A stretch of 64,000 nucleotides of DNA from Nemertoderma westbladi (taxonomy: Eukaryota; Animalia; Xenacoelomorpha), in assembly GCA_032718475.1 (NCBI GenBank), contig JAUCBJ010000844.1, forward strand, positions 52,796-116,795. The letters run 5' to 3'. Below, piece by piece: positions 40,901 to 54,924 of the stretch. A program made the position numbers and the translations under genes. Position 1 is the first letter of the stretch. Each line of letters begins with the position of its first letter. A model generated the notes under the pieces. That model was not told where the DNA came from, did no database searches, and saw only the letters and a list, made by a program, of their open reading frames with translations.

Positions 40901-43900
40901 GGATCTCCCTCTCCAATATTACTGAATAAGGGCCCTATATCTCTCTATATCTATATAGGATCTCCCTCTCCAATATTTTACAGAATAAGGGCCCTATATC
41001 TCTCTATATCTATATAGGATCTCCCTCTCCAATATTTTACTGAATAAGGGCCCTATATCTCTCTATATCTATATAGGATCTCCCTCTCCAATATTTTACT
41101 GAATAAGGGCCCTATATCTCTCTATATCTATATAGGATCTCCCTCTCCAATATTTTACAGAATAAGGGCCCTATATCTCTCTATATCTATATAGGATCTC
41201 CCTCTCCAATATTACTGAATAAGGGCCCTATATCTCTCTATATCTATATAGGATCTCCCTCTCTAATATTTTACTGAATAAGGGCCCTATATCTCTCTAT
41301 ATCTATATAGGATCTCCCTCTCCAATATTTTACTGAATAAGGACCCTATATCTATCTATATCTATATAGGATCCCCCTCTCCAATATTTTACTGAATAAG
41401 GGCCCTATATCTCTCTATATCTATATAGGATCTCCCTCTCCAATATTTTACTGAATAAGGACCCTATATCTATCTATATCTATATAGGATCCCCCTCTCC
41501 AATATTTTACTGAATAAGGGCCCTATTTCTCTCTACATCTATATAGGATCTCCCTCTCCAATATTTTACTGAATAAGGGCCCTATATCTCTCTATATCTA
41601 TATAGGATCTCCCTCTCCAATATTTTACTGAATAAGGGCCCTATATCTCTCTATATCTATATAGGATCTCCCTCTCCAATATTACTGAATAAGGGCCCTA
41701 TATCTCTCTATATCTATATAGGATCTCCCTCTCCAATATTTTACTGAATAAGGGCCCTATATCTCTCTATATCTATATAGGATCTCCCTCTCCAATATTT
41801 TACTGAGTAAGGTCCCTATATCTCTCTATATCTATATAGGATCTCCCTCTCCAATATTTTACTGAATAAGGACCCTATATCTATCTATATCTATATAGGA
41901 TCCCCCTCTCCAATATTTTACTGAATAAGGGCCCTATATCTCTCTATATCTATATAGGATCTCCCTCTCCAATATTACTGAATAAGGGCCCTATATCTCT
42001 CTATATCTATATAGGATCTCCCTCTCCAATATTTTACTGAATAAGGGCCCTATATCTCTCTATATCTATATAGGATCTCCCTCTCCAATATTTTACTGAG
42101 TAAGGTCCCTATATCTCTCTATATCTATATAGGATCTCCCTCTCCAATATTTTACTGAATAAGGGCCCTATATCTCTCTATATCTATATAGGATCTCCCT
42201 CTCCAATATTACTGAATAAGGGCCCTATATCTATCTATATCTATATAGGATCTCCCTCTCCAATATGTTACTGAATAAGGACCCTATATCTATCTATATC
42301 TATATAGGATCCCCCTCTCCAATATTTTACTGAATAAGGGCCCTATTTCTCTCTACATCTATATAGGATCTCCCTCTCCAATATTTTACTGAATAAGGGC
42401 CCTATATCTCTCTATATCTATATAGGATCTCCCTCTCCAATATTACTGAATAAGGGCCCTATATCTCTCTATATCTATATAGGATCTCCCTCTCCAATAT
42501 TTTACTGAATAAGGGCCCTATATCTCTCTATATCTATATAGGATCTCCCTCTCCAATATTTTACTGAGTAAGGGCCCTATATCTCTCTATATCTATATAG
42601 GATCTCCCTCTCCAATATTTTACTGAATAAGGGCCCTATATCTCTCTATATCTATATAGGATCTCCCTCTCCAATATTTTACTGAGTAAGGTCCCTATAT
42701 CTCTCTATATCTATATAGGATCTCCCTCTCCAATATTTTACTGAATAAGGACCCTATATCTATCTATCTATATAGGATCCCCCTCTCCAATATTTTACTG
42801 AATAAGGGCCCTATATCTCTCTATATCTATATAGGATCTCCCTCTCCAATATTTTACTGAATAAGGGCCCTATATCTCTCTATATCTATATAGGATCTCC
42901 CTCTCCAATATTTTACTGAATAAGGACCCTATATCTATCTATATCTATATAGGATCCCCCTCTCCAATATTTTACTGAATAAGGGCCCTATTTCTCTCTA
43001 CATCTATATAGGATCTCCCTCTCCAATATTTTACTGAATAAGGGCCCTATATCTCTCTATATCTATATAGGATCTCCCTCTCCAATATTTTACTGAGTAA
43101 GGTCCCTATATCTCTCTATATCTATATAGGATCTCCCTCTCCAATATTTTACTGAATAAGGACCCTATATCTATCTATATCTATATAGGATCCCCCTCTC
43201 CAATATTTTACTGAATAAGGACCCTATATCTATCTATATCTATATAGGATCCCCCTCTCCAATATTTTACTGAATAAGGACCCTATATCTCTCTATATCT
43301 GTAGGATCTCCCTCTCCAATATTTTATTGAATAAGGTCCCTATCCTATTTCTCTCTACATCTATATAGGATATCCTGAATAATTTTTGATTTGCAACATT
43401 CTATTCTATGAAAGCTTGGAAGCTATGATCTGCTTAAAAGCTTCGATGTTTAATTAATTGACAACATAGAGTTTCACTTTCTCGGAAACTTGCTGTGAAA
43501 AGTGGGATAAGTATTTTTTCCTGTTAATAACAATGTGATACACAAAACTGTTGCAAATCGAGCCTGTAAACGTACTTGTACTTTTATATCAAATAATTAA
43601 TTTGAAAATTTAATTGTGATGTCACTTATGGCACATACTGATTAGGGATTGAAAATAAATTTACTTGAAAACTATTATATAATAATTGACAATAATGTTG
43701 ATTTATTTGCTTCCGTTATTTTTGGGCGACCTGTAATTAATGTTAGGCCTAATAATTTATTTAAATAAAAGTAAATTAATTTATTTTAGTTTCGGGTATA
43801 TATTTGTCAAAAACACCACGAGTAAAAGTTGACACTGTTTCCGATGGATGGGTGGGTGGGGCGTGTGGATGAGGTGGAAAGACATGGATACAAAATAGGT

Positions 43901-45358
43901 ACCGGTACATAAATATTAAATTAGACAAAATGTGCGAGATGTGTGTGTAAGGAGGAATTGATACGATGTGAGTCTAGTAACTATTAGTAACTAACTGTAA
44001 AGGTTGTACCGAATCTGCCGCTTCTGGACTCTCCCCCGACGCCTCGTCTTTATGGGCTGAATGTTTAGATACGATTCGCATTCCTCCAGCTTTAACTAAA
44101 ATATAACAATGAGTAAAGGGGTTAAGGTGGATCCAGTGGATCTCTGATATAATGGGGTAAGGTGGATCCAGTGGATCTCTGATATAAGGGGGAATGTAGA
44201 TCCAGAGGATCTCTGGCAAAGGTATATGAAGGATCTGGGAGGTAAAGCGGACCCAGACACTGGACAGGTGTCTGGGTATACACACAGGGCTGCAGGGGGT
44301 GGCCTAGTGAGTGAATATATACCAGACTTTTTGCTGTTGTATTTCACAATGCAGTTACCATTCCATGTTACAGAAGGGCTGAGACTAACCAAAAAACAAT
44401 GTACAGGTTATAAGATAGAAAGAAGCCCTATAAAACAGTTAACAAGGAGAAATTTATAAAGATACCTACTCATTCTTCTATAGAAATTATTCTAATAGAC
44501 CATACCATTTGAATAGGGGAGGGGCCCATGCCTAAAATTTCGACCAAAACTGCAAAAAGTCAAACCTGGTAGACCAATTCTTCACAAGGGTGCGGATGTG
44601 GTCGGGTGCATGGGGCAGGCAGCAATGGAACGGCACTATTGCACTAGGGCCGGGGCTCAGCAGCTCAGGAGGACATGAAGATAGATGACAGGGATACATA
44701 CTGTACTGATAGAAGATTAGATATCAAAATTCAGAAACTGCGCGGAGCGCGGATGGGATGTAAAAATGTTTAAAGTACGTGCCAAGTGAGAAAATTAATT
44801 TACCATACTGCCATAGGCCCTATTCATTTTTCGCTCGCGTATCTTTTTTATGTTACTTTCTTACTGCTTACGGCTGTGCGGTAATTTTGGTAATGCTTAA
44901 ACCAGTCAACTGTCAGCGTCAGGGTTAAGTCGTCACGTCAAGTGCAGAAGTGGTGGTTTGCAGCCTGAGCTTGCACTTGGCGGCTACTGCTGTACTGCTG
45001 AAGTGCTACCGGTGCGGTATGGTACGGTACCTACCGGTAGCGGTAACTGCTATGCTATGATACCGTCAGTCGCAGACCGAGACCACTGTGACCAGACGGT
45101 AAGGTAGGTGACGGTACTGGGTACGGTTCCAGTCAGCCGGTTACGAGTACGGTACCACGAGCATGACCATGACACATGATGACCAACATCAACCGATCCA
45201 GGTGAGGAATTTCCCCTTTCGTACCGTCAGACCGTAAGGTACATTCCAGCATTCGTACAGGCGCAGGACAGCAGGACACTACAAATAATGATAGTCTTAC
45301 CTGCTGGTGGATGACCTGCCAATAGGTCTCCCCCTGATTGCGGAGGTGATGACATCAT
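25981..45358 (-). CDS. DAP: Death-associated protein 1 (DAP1 family), 107 aa, exons 45301-45358, 43996-44095, 25981-26146
   Basis: The spliced product MMSSPPQSGGDLLAGHPPAVKAGGMRIVSKH...HDKPQPKIENRKPMVQQKVMIHQPRK* has the DAP hallmarks AGHPPAVKAGGMRIV and C-terminal IxQPRK. Sites are canonical GT-AG, phases 1 and 2 match, total 324 nt. Confidence 0.95.
26785..43372. repeat. 59-bp satellite array, about 16.6 kb and about 280 copies, inside DAP intron 2
   Basis: Unit gggccctatatctctctatatctatataggatctccctctccaatattttactgaataa; 55-58-bp indel variants are concentrated at the edges. Confidence 0.98.
44116..44240. repeat. Short degenerate tandem repeat (ggatccagtggatctctg core, 3-4 copies) near the 3' end of DAP intron 1
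   Basis: Core visible near 44129, 44164 and 44199. Confidence 0.65.
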
Positions 45359-46139
45359 TGGAATTGGAAGAAACCTGTTTTCAGTTACAGAGTTAGGTAC
45401 CGGTAAATCTTATTAACGTACCGCACTGCCGCAGTACCGGTAAACGGTAGGCCTATAATTAATGGCAATTGCAAATGTAATGCAGGAACTGAATGGCAGT
45501 CTGGTACCGGCAGACCGGTAATGCAGTAATGGCGTTTAAGCAAAGTCAACAAAGTCAGTACCGGTACCGGTACTGATGGTGTCTGTATCTGGTATGTCTG
45601 AATGTCAGATAGTGGAGTATAGTGCTGTAGTGCTGTAGTGGCAAGTGAAACTAGTAATCTTCAGCGCAAATTGACCGCAAGTGAAATAATGTATAGTTTA
45701 TTGTTTTGGTTAGAAAATACCGCCACTGTAACCTGCCATTTCCCTTAATGTTTTTAATTAAATTATACTAATTTTTCAAACCCACTAAATTTATTTTGTG
45801 TTTGACGTCATTTTGCGACATTGACTCCTGAATGTAGTAAGTTGTTTGTAAGCTATGGAAACCCTCACATACATCATCGACCAATCAAAATAGAAAATAT
45901 ATTAAATTTGCTAAGAAATAGTTCGGAGTCCTCGCATATAGCAAGGAAGTTACAATAGTTTTTTTTAGCAGGGATTTCGATCTGTCGATAGAGTTCACCA
46001 TAAAAGTATTGTTTAATTAGAAAGTATGGGCATTGGTGGCGGGCTGTTAAAGTCGTTGGAAAACTATATTTTTTTGAGGATAATATTTTCAGTGCCTTAT
46101 TCTCATAAAAAGCCAGCGTTCACCTAAGGGTAAGGGTAC

Positions 46140-46900
46140 TACTGTAGCTGGTGTCCCTCAAGGGTACGTGCTATAGCACCCTTGCTTTTTAAATTTTTAT
46201 AAATTACATCATACTGTAGATGTAGCAGCAAGGAATATCAGCTTATACGTCGATGATACAGCACTGTTTATACATAGAGATTAACAAAACTGATTGATTT
46301 TCAGCGTCCGCAGCCCTGAATAAAGTCGTGTCATCTTCCCCTTTCACTCAACTCGTGTTGGTTACTGAACACAAGCATCTCGGCTGCATTTTTCACCCTC
46401 AATTTGAAATGGCACTCTCAAGTCGTGTCATCAATGCTCGCCTCTGCCAACATGAAACTTAAAATGTTGACAGCTGATAAATACTTAATTAGTAAAAATG
46501 CACTTCTCCCCATATACAAAATTTTCATCAGAATCTAGAATATGCCAGTGTTGTATGCTCAGACGAGCTTAAAAATGACCTGGAGCTCCTCAATAAAGAA
46601 AGCAAACATAATTATTTGCAAATTAACAATCTTTTGCTCCTCCAGTCCACTAATATAAAAAATCCGGAGTGTGCCACTTCAAACAGAAGCAGGAGGATTT
46701 AAAAAAATTATGTACTCTATATAAAATGGCCGGCTCAGCTCCTCAGCATTTGCTTGATATCCTTCATGCAATGGTGTGCACTAATTTTTACAAAAAATCG
46801 TGTCTTCCATTCACCATGCAGCTCTGTCACTCGATCAGTATTGCCTCAGATAGAAGCAAACCAAAATATAGACAATTTTTAAACAACTAAGACTAGAGTA
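46140..46900 (+). mobile_element. Highly decayed CR1-group RT fragment
   Basis: GVPQG near 46150, LYVDDTAL near 46245 and EHKHLG near 46370; many frameshifts. Confidence 0.55.
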
Positions 46901-47153
46901 CTGTACACACCCAGTTGTTGAATCACAAAACAAGGTTCCCTATTACTTTCAGCTGGACACACTTCCTTGGAGACCTGTTAGCTAGACTCCGTTGCCTCTG
47001 CCCTGCCCTTAATAATCACCAATCACGGTCAATTATTCAGGAACTGCCTGTGTGGACGGACACGATCGCGAAGACGTATATCACTTTTTTATGGAACCAC
47101 ATATACTGTACAGTACCACCTTTCACTCCATTCAAATGTAGTATCCCTAGGTT

Positions 47154-48574
47154 GTGAAAACAAATAAGTTGGTGCCAGTTCCCAAGAAGGTCAACCTAAC
47201 ACTCTATGGTTCTTTTCGGGGAATCTCATTGATCTCGATTGCTGCAAAGCTATACAATAGGATTCTATTAAATCGCATCAGGGATCCTATTGAGAGACTG
47301 CTCCGTGGAAATCAGAATGGGTTCCGTAAAGGTCGTGGGACCATGTAGCCCATTTTGGCACTTAGAAGGATAATTGAAGAATTATCAAAAAAGAAAGACA
47401 GGCATCTGGCTGTTATCTTTGTTGACTTCTTCAAGGCCTTTGATTCAGTCTCTCGGTCACGTATGTTCAGCATACTTTCATTATATGGGATTCCTGATGA
47501 AATTATTGCAGCAATCAGATCAGTATACGATGGTTCGACAACATTTGTGTCTACTGTTGACGGTGACACAGAACCATTTGAAGTGTTATGGGGCGTCCTC
47601 CAAGGAGACACACTTGCACCATTCTTGTTCATTATTGTGGTTGACTATGTTCTACGCATGTCCTTAGATCATCATAATGATGATGGGGTGATGATAACTC
47701 CACCTACTAGCTCCAGAAGTCGAGGAAATCCTGCCAAGTACCTAACTGATCTAGACTTTGCTGATGACTTAGGAATACTCTCAGAATCATTAGAGGGAGC
47801 CCAACGGCTCCTCAGCTCATTAGAACATGCTGCTTCTAGTGTTGGTCTTTTTATTAACTCCAGAAAGACCAAAATTCTGACAGTTAACTTTGAAAGTCCT
47901 CAGCAAGTCTCTGATCGGATGAGCATACAGTAAGCTCAAAGGATGGTATGCTTGAGCATGTGGACGACTTCTGTTACCTGGGATCATGGATCCGGAAGTC
48001 AGGTGAGGACCTTCGAATACGTAAGGGAAAGGCATGGGCAGCCTTGAATAGGCTTTCCAGGATTTGGAAGTCACCTAGAATTAATCGGAAACTTAAGGTC
48101 CGATTATTTAGAGCAGCAGTAGTTCCAGTACTCCTCTACGGGAGTCCATGCTGGGCTCTAACTGCTGAGGACACCAAATCTCTGGATGGCACATTCCACA
48201 AGAATGCTACGCCGGGTTCATTGTGTCAAGTACAATGCGCACATCTCCAACCAGACACTATATAACATTGGAGGTGTCTCATTGGTTCCTCCAAGCTTGA
48301 CACTAGAACAAAATCGCCTCCGCTTTGCAGGACATTGCTTTCGCCGTGAGGACCAGCCAGTGCATAATCTTGTACTTTGGCAGCCCCATGGAGTGAATAA
48401 GCATGGTGGACAGCCCATGACTTTCTTGAGACGCATCTTAAAGGACACTGGCCTTAAAGATGCGGATGATCTAGCAAATGTCATGGGTGATAGGGAGTTG
48501 TGGCGGTGCAATTTTGTTGACAAGCCGGCACAGCATTCTTAAAAATGCAGCTGCAATGCAGCATGCCGATCCTA
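47154..48574 (+). mobile_element. 5'-truncated RTE-clade LINE with 16-bp target site duplication
   Basis: RT motifs FRGISL, NQNGFRKGR, FVDFFKAFDSV, GVLQGDTLAPFLF and DLDFADDL. TSD gtagtatccctaggtt at 47138-47153 and 48575-48590. A few stops and frameshifts. Confidence 0.95.
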
Positions 48575-49119
48575 GTAGTATCCCTAGGTTTGAAACCAAC
48601 TTTGAACACTTTTACTTTCGGTCGACCTGCTGTTTTGGTTATAAAAGCCTACCTTTGTAACCTGCTCCTTTCCCCCAATTGTTAAGTGACAACATTGTTT
48701 AATGTTTTGGTTATAGAAGCCTAGCTCAGTAACCTGCTCCTTTCCCCAATTGGTAACAACAATTGGTAACAAGGTCTCTAGGCCTACCTATTTTTACCTA
48801 AGTACTGCTGATGCTCTGCCTACTGTTCTAACCTGTTTGACACTGCCAGACTGTCTGGCGCCAACGTATTATTATATTGTATTACTCGCTTTATTTCTCG
48901 ATTGATTTAGTTGTTAGAGATGCAACAAGGGTCCCAACGTTGTTGTAACTGTGGGGTGCGCTCATGTGCCCCCCAACTAGCCGATGCGGGCGTCCTTGTG
49001 GAAGCTGTACCCCTTTGTCTACGGGAAACTGTGAAAACCCTTTTTCGACTACTTTGATCCCGACTACTTCGACCCCCAGTTTGTTTTTTGGCGGGTACCT
49101 GGGGCTGAAATGAAAATAA

Positions 49120-50250
49120 CGCGAACATCTATGAAGCATGCATAAAGAGGTTTCCTGGGGATATAAAGATTATCGCGTATTCGCTTTAGGAACAGCAGTA
49201 ATGGCTGTGCTGTTGACAGTCCTGGTATGAATCCAAATTGTTCCCATGGTATCTTACACTGCAGGAACTCACGTAGGCGGCGTTCGAAAAGACTCGTCAG
49301 TAGTTTGAATGGGTTACTGAGAAGTGATGATATACCTCTATAGTTGTTTGTATCATCTCTGCTACCTTTGCCCTTAAATAATACCCTCGTTATGCTTGAC
49401 TTCCACGATGACACTAGGGAACTGGTCGACAAACAAATATTGAAGAGGAGGGTCCATAGATATAGTGTTACCCGTATAGAACCCTTTAGAACTTCATAAG
49501 TAATGTTATCAGGGACACCGGATTTCTTATTCTTCTTCCGATTCAATTCGTGTTCAACTTCTTCCATTATGAATGGTCGGTTGCAAGCATCATTCACATC
49601 ATTGACGGGTTCATCCAGCTCTTCGAAATTATATCGACCATTTCTATCCTTCTCGTTGCCTAAGTCGGAATTTAAAATTTTGCCGAAATGACTTTCCCAT
49701 GATTCCGATGGAATTGAGCAGTTCTGTTTCGAATGCTGTTCACTACACCACCAGTATGGCTCTCGTTCCGCCTCTTCTAGGAGCTTCACAGCTCCATTTT
49801 CATATTATATTATTTCTGTCTAGCCTTTAGTAGCGATTCATATTCCGCCTTGAACAAACAACATGTCGCCCTACTGTAGCAGTTGAGTCTGCTCTTGTTC
49901 TTCTATATGGGCATCAAGGACGACCTGTCTTAGTCGTAACACATACAATCAAACCACGGTTTGGAGTGACGATTTTTGGTAGAAGATCGTCTCTAAGTTG
50001 CATCATGAATGACATTGGAAAGCTCATTGTAGGCGTCATCTAGCATCTAGCTGAAAATTCTCTAATTTACAGTTAATAGTGTCTAGCCGGGGATCGACTT
50101 CCTATTTGTTTACATCAATCTTTCGAGTTAATCTGACATTGTTTCCTTCTATCACTTCAGGGATAACATTATCCGGGATTGACCAATTTACACGTACCGG
50201 TACATGCTTCTTTATCCCTTGGATGGGTAATCTACAGAACTGGTAGCATT
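49120..50250 (-). mobile_element. Non-LTR retrotransposon fragment (linker and RT N-half), truncated
   Basis: ORF 49064..49789 contains WESHFGKIL, NNYRGIS, EQFGFIPGLST and LYACFID. Confidence 0.85.
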
Positions 50251-50489
50251 TGAATTTGTGTAAACTACCAAGATAGATCTAGAATATAGATATTGTATAG
50301 GCTTAACGCTTTTGCCTAACAACTCATAAAACTAATAACATGTTCTAGAACTTTGTGTATTTATTAAATAGAATAAATGGCCTGTAGGGAACAATAATTC
50401 AATTCCAATTTTTGAACGCCTATATCTCCGCTGTTTCTAAATAAAACTCAGACATTGTTACACTTGTAACGCAAGCTATATAATATAGT

Positions 50490-52942
50490 CAATTTTATAG
50501 TTTTTTGCACAAGAAAGACACAAAAATCTTTTTTCGGGGATCATAAAACAGTAACAGTTAGGTCTATGAAAAATTACAGCAAGGAACGCTTTTTAAGTTT
50601 GTTAGTTAATTCTGACTGGGAACCCTGTTTTAAGGCCACTGACATTAACCTTGCGTACACTGTTTTTAAAGATATATTTCTAAAGGCACTTAATACTGTA
50701 GCATCAATTAAAGAAATTAGTCTTAAACAACGCACTGAGCCCTGGATGACCTCGGGTATTCTTAGTAATATCAGAGAAAGAGATAACTATTTGTATAAAT
50801 TTAGGAAATACCGTGTTTTAGCTGATTATAATAATTACTGCAAATATAGAAACTTTGTCCAACGGGAAATAAAAAAAGCTAAATCTGAATATTTGTACAA
50901 CAAAATAAGTGAGAATAAAGATAATCCTAAAAGTCTATGGTCTACCCTAAAATCTTTAGGTTATAAAAACCTTAAATCTAAATCGAATATTGTTCTGCAA
51001 GATAACGGTGAGCTGATTCATGATCATACTCTAGTTAGTAATTTATTTAATAATTATTTTAATAATGCTGCCTCTAATTTAGTTTAAGAAGTTACCGTTA
51101 TCAAGTAATAAATATAGTATAGGGTCCGAACTCTAAATAATTTTTATTTAGAAAAGTTACAAAATTCAGAAAAGTTATTTTTAAAACCCGTTTCTGAGGA
51201 TTTCGTTTTTCAAAATCTACTTAGCCTATCAGCCTCAAAAAGTACCGGTCTAGACCTAATAATTAATTAAAGTGCCTATTACTTTTATTATTAATTACTC
51301 TATGGTAGATAATGTAGTACCAGACGAACTGAAATTAGCTAAGGTTGTTTCTCTGTATAAAAATAATAGTAAAGTAGAACCCTGTAATTACAGACCTGTT
51401 AGTATCTTAAGTATTGTATCTAAAATTCTAGAACGTTCTGTTTTTCTACAGCTGGAGGCACATCTTAGTAGGCTAAATCTGATCTATGAACTTCAGTCCG
51501 GTTTTCGTAAATCATATTCTACAGACACCAGCCTTATTAACTTAACTGATACAATTAGATGTAATAACGCAAAGGGCTTATATACTGGTATGGTAATGTT
51601 GGACCTACAAAAGGCTTTCGATACTGTAGATCACGAAATTCTGTTAGGTAAGTTAGGCCTGATGGGTGTAGGTTCTAAAGACTGGTTCAAGTCCTACCTG
51701 TCAGACAGAGGTCAAATTGTAGTCATTAGCAAATCGCAGTCTACTGTACAAGAGAGATTACCTGTGGTGTACCGCAAGGTAGTATATTAGATCCTCTGCT
51801 TTTCGTATGCTATGTAAATGATATGATAAGTAGTATAGATCCCGATTTTAAACTCATTTTATATGCCGACGACAGTGCTCTTATTTTCTCTCATAAAGAT
51901 CCTATCCATATTTCCCAAAAGTTAAGTGCAGTTCTAGAATCCTGTAATGAGTGGTTGGTTGATAATAAGCTATCCATTCACTACGGTAAGACTGAAAGTA
52001 TTTTGTTTGGTTCCAAAAGAAAGTTAAAGAAGGTAACTAAGTTTGAAGTCCACTAGTAATGGACATAAGATTGAAAATAAAAAGGAAGTTAAATATTTAG
52101 GCGCCACATTGGATAACTGCTTATCAGGAGAAAGTACAGTGAAAAATATTTTCTCGAAAGTTAACAGTAGGCTTAGGTTTCTATACAGAAATAAAAATAG
52201 TTTAAACACCGACTCCCGCAAGTTACTTTGCTCTTCTTTAATACAGTGTCACATGGACTATGCGTGCTCTTCTTGGTATGAAGGCTTAACCAAACAGCTT
52301 AAATGTAAATCACAAGTAGCTCAGAATAAAGTAGTACGATTTATTAAAGACTACAAACCTAGGCACCACCTAACTCCAGATGACTTTTCTGAATCTGGAC
52401 TACTTAACTTAGATAGTAGAGTTAAGCAGCTACGCCTTATAACCATGTGCATAAAGTGTATAATGGTAAATGTCCCAATTACCTAAAACAAAAATTAAAC
52501 AGAGTACGCGATACACACTCTTACAGTACCAGAGCTAGTGCTTCAAACTTCTACCTCCCGAATTGTAAATCCTTCGAATCTGATACTTTCTTTTTTAACG
52601 GCATTAAAAATTGGAACGCTCTGCCTAATGAAATTAAAAACTTAGATAATCAACATTCTTTTTAAATCTGCAGTTAAATCTCACCTCCGTGTGCAATGTA
52701 TAAATAGGTACAATAGTCCTACAGTAAGTTATTAGTTTATTAATTATTTACTATTTATACTGTAATTGCGTTTTATAATAAATTGTTCTGTACATTACAT
52801 CTTTATCGTTGAGTCGGACATTGTCACGCTCTCGGTAAAGTTGTACATGTACATAGTGTAATTACGTTTTATACTGGTTTTAGGTTAGCGTAGTGTAATA
52901 TTGTATTTGTAACCAAGTAACATAAAGGACCCCCTTGGAAAT
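50490..52942 (+). mobile_element. 5'-truncated CR1/L2-group (Crack-like) LINE, pseudogenised
   Basis: EPWMT, NPKSLW, NYRPVSIL, QSGFRKSYST, LDLQKAFDTVDH, LYADDS, VKYLG and WNALP motifs across ORFs 50566-52665; AT-rich 3' UTR ending ggacccccttggaaataa. Confidence 0.9.
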
Positions 52943-54924
52943 AATATATAATATAATATAATATAATATAATGTATATTTATCCAAAACAAATCTATCTA
53001 TCTATATTAGCTTTCCAATGATATCTACAAACCGAGGCTAATGTAAAGAATACCGACGATAGGAGATGTGCAATTTCGCAAAAGGCACAAGTTTTTTTTA
53101 AGTGATTAATTTCAGAGATAAAGTGATTAATTTTAGTCATAAAGTGATTCAATTTAGTGAAAATGATTAAATTAGTGAAAATGATTAAATTTATGTTAGT
53201 GATGGAAAAATAAGTGCGCAATCACAATTAATAACAGTACAGCAGTAATAATCAAAAAGAAGGTAATTATTGTCAGCGAAAACGTTACCATATACTGATA
53301 TAGGTTGAATAGGATATCGAAAATCGAGTCTTTCCGCCTTAAAGTATTGTCGTCGCCATCAGCCCATTCATATTCACACCCTGTTCGGACAGTACCACAC
53401 TGGTATCGGTATAGGCCTACAGGAATAGGCCTGTACAGCTGTATCTGCACTGACTGATTGTGACATACTGCAGTACTGCATACTGTCGTAGGTCTACCGG
53501 TACAAACTGGAACTAAACTAACCAATAGCCTAGGCAGCTAGGTACCAGTGCCTGACTGATTAAATAGGCCTACCGGTACAGCGGTACCGGTACTGTTGTA
53601 CCGTTAACTTTCAATCACTTTCAGACTTTTACCGGCATTTGATCAGTTGATTGTTCTTTTCAATCAGTTGTCAGTCATCTGTTGTTAGTTTGCTATTATT
53701 AGGCCTATTCAGCTATTACCTGATTACTGCAGTAGGCCTACTGTCAGACTGTATTACTGTGTTATGCCTATAGTACTGTAGTAGGCCTACCGGACTTTCT
53801 CATTTCTGACTTTGGACTTGCGGTCTTCAGGTCTTGGCGGAAAACCAGTATGGCGGTTTGCGTTACACGTTACGGTACTAGCCTTACTGCCTTAGGCCCT
53901 AGCCTATCTGCGGGTAGGCGGCAGGGCGGGTCATATTACTGTATTACTGTATTCCAGTCTGCCAAGAGAGTGAAATCCGTTAGGCGTATGGGGGAAAACC
54001 TCACATTTCGTCGTTTGTTTATATTCCTTTGTGACCAGTGACTGCTAGACCTTCAAAGAAGGTTCGATTAGATATTACGGTAGATCTTTAGTTAGCCTAG
54101 TTCAGTAGTTAGTGTAGGTAGACTACTGTACGTCTGTACCCTTTAGTGCTGTTGTGCGCATTGTACTGTACAGCTGTAGTAGCTTAATCTTTGTCTGTTT
54201 GTGGTGGTTTGTCTGCTTGATATCAGGATATGTCTGCAGTTGATGCAGTTCTCCAGTCTACCAATACCACCAGGACCAGACCACTAGGCAGCTAGGTGCT
54301 CGGAGGCGAAATAGTCCACTAGCTCACTAGTGAGTGCAGCTGCGCTGCAGGAGTGGAGTGGGGCAAAGGCCGGCAAACTTCTCCTAAATTGTTTATCAAT
54401 TGCAATTTATCATCCTTTCGAGTGGTACCGGTACTTAAACTTCTGAACTTAACACTGACTGCAACAAATTTTCTCAATGATGAGCTGCGCAAAGGCCCCA
54501 CTAAATGGTAAATGTGTTTAATCTATGTTTAATGTTAACTATGTAGGCTTGCGTATAGGATAGGCCTACTGTCTGACTGTATTTCAGTAGCTGCTACAGT
54601 GCTAAATGCATTATGCAGTACTGCAGTCAGGCAGTAGGCCTACTGTACGTGTACAATAGTTTTGCCATAGTTCAGTAGTTTGGTGAGATTATTATAGAAG
54701 TTAATAAGTCATACTTGCAATTGCTTCACAGACTTGAGAATAGGCGCAATGAAACCGCAATGGTCGATTTAGTTGGTGTTACAACCTTCAAAACAGCAAT
54801 ATGTCATTAGTTCTCGAAAAATTTCTTAATTTATTTATGAAAATTTAGGTTTTATTCAATTAAAGAAAAAACCAAATTTTGCTTTTTTAAAAATTAGGTT
54901 TTAACCATCCCTGGCTGTAAGGTG

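Noticed and set aside
53196-53525. 109-aa minus-strand ORF or possible exon (GCEYEWADGDD...)
   Set aside because: No recognisable motif and no compatible neighbouring exons found.
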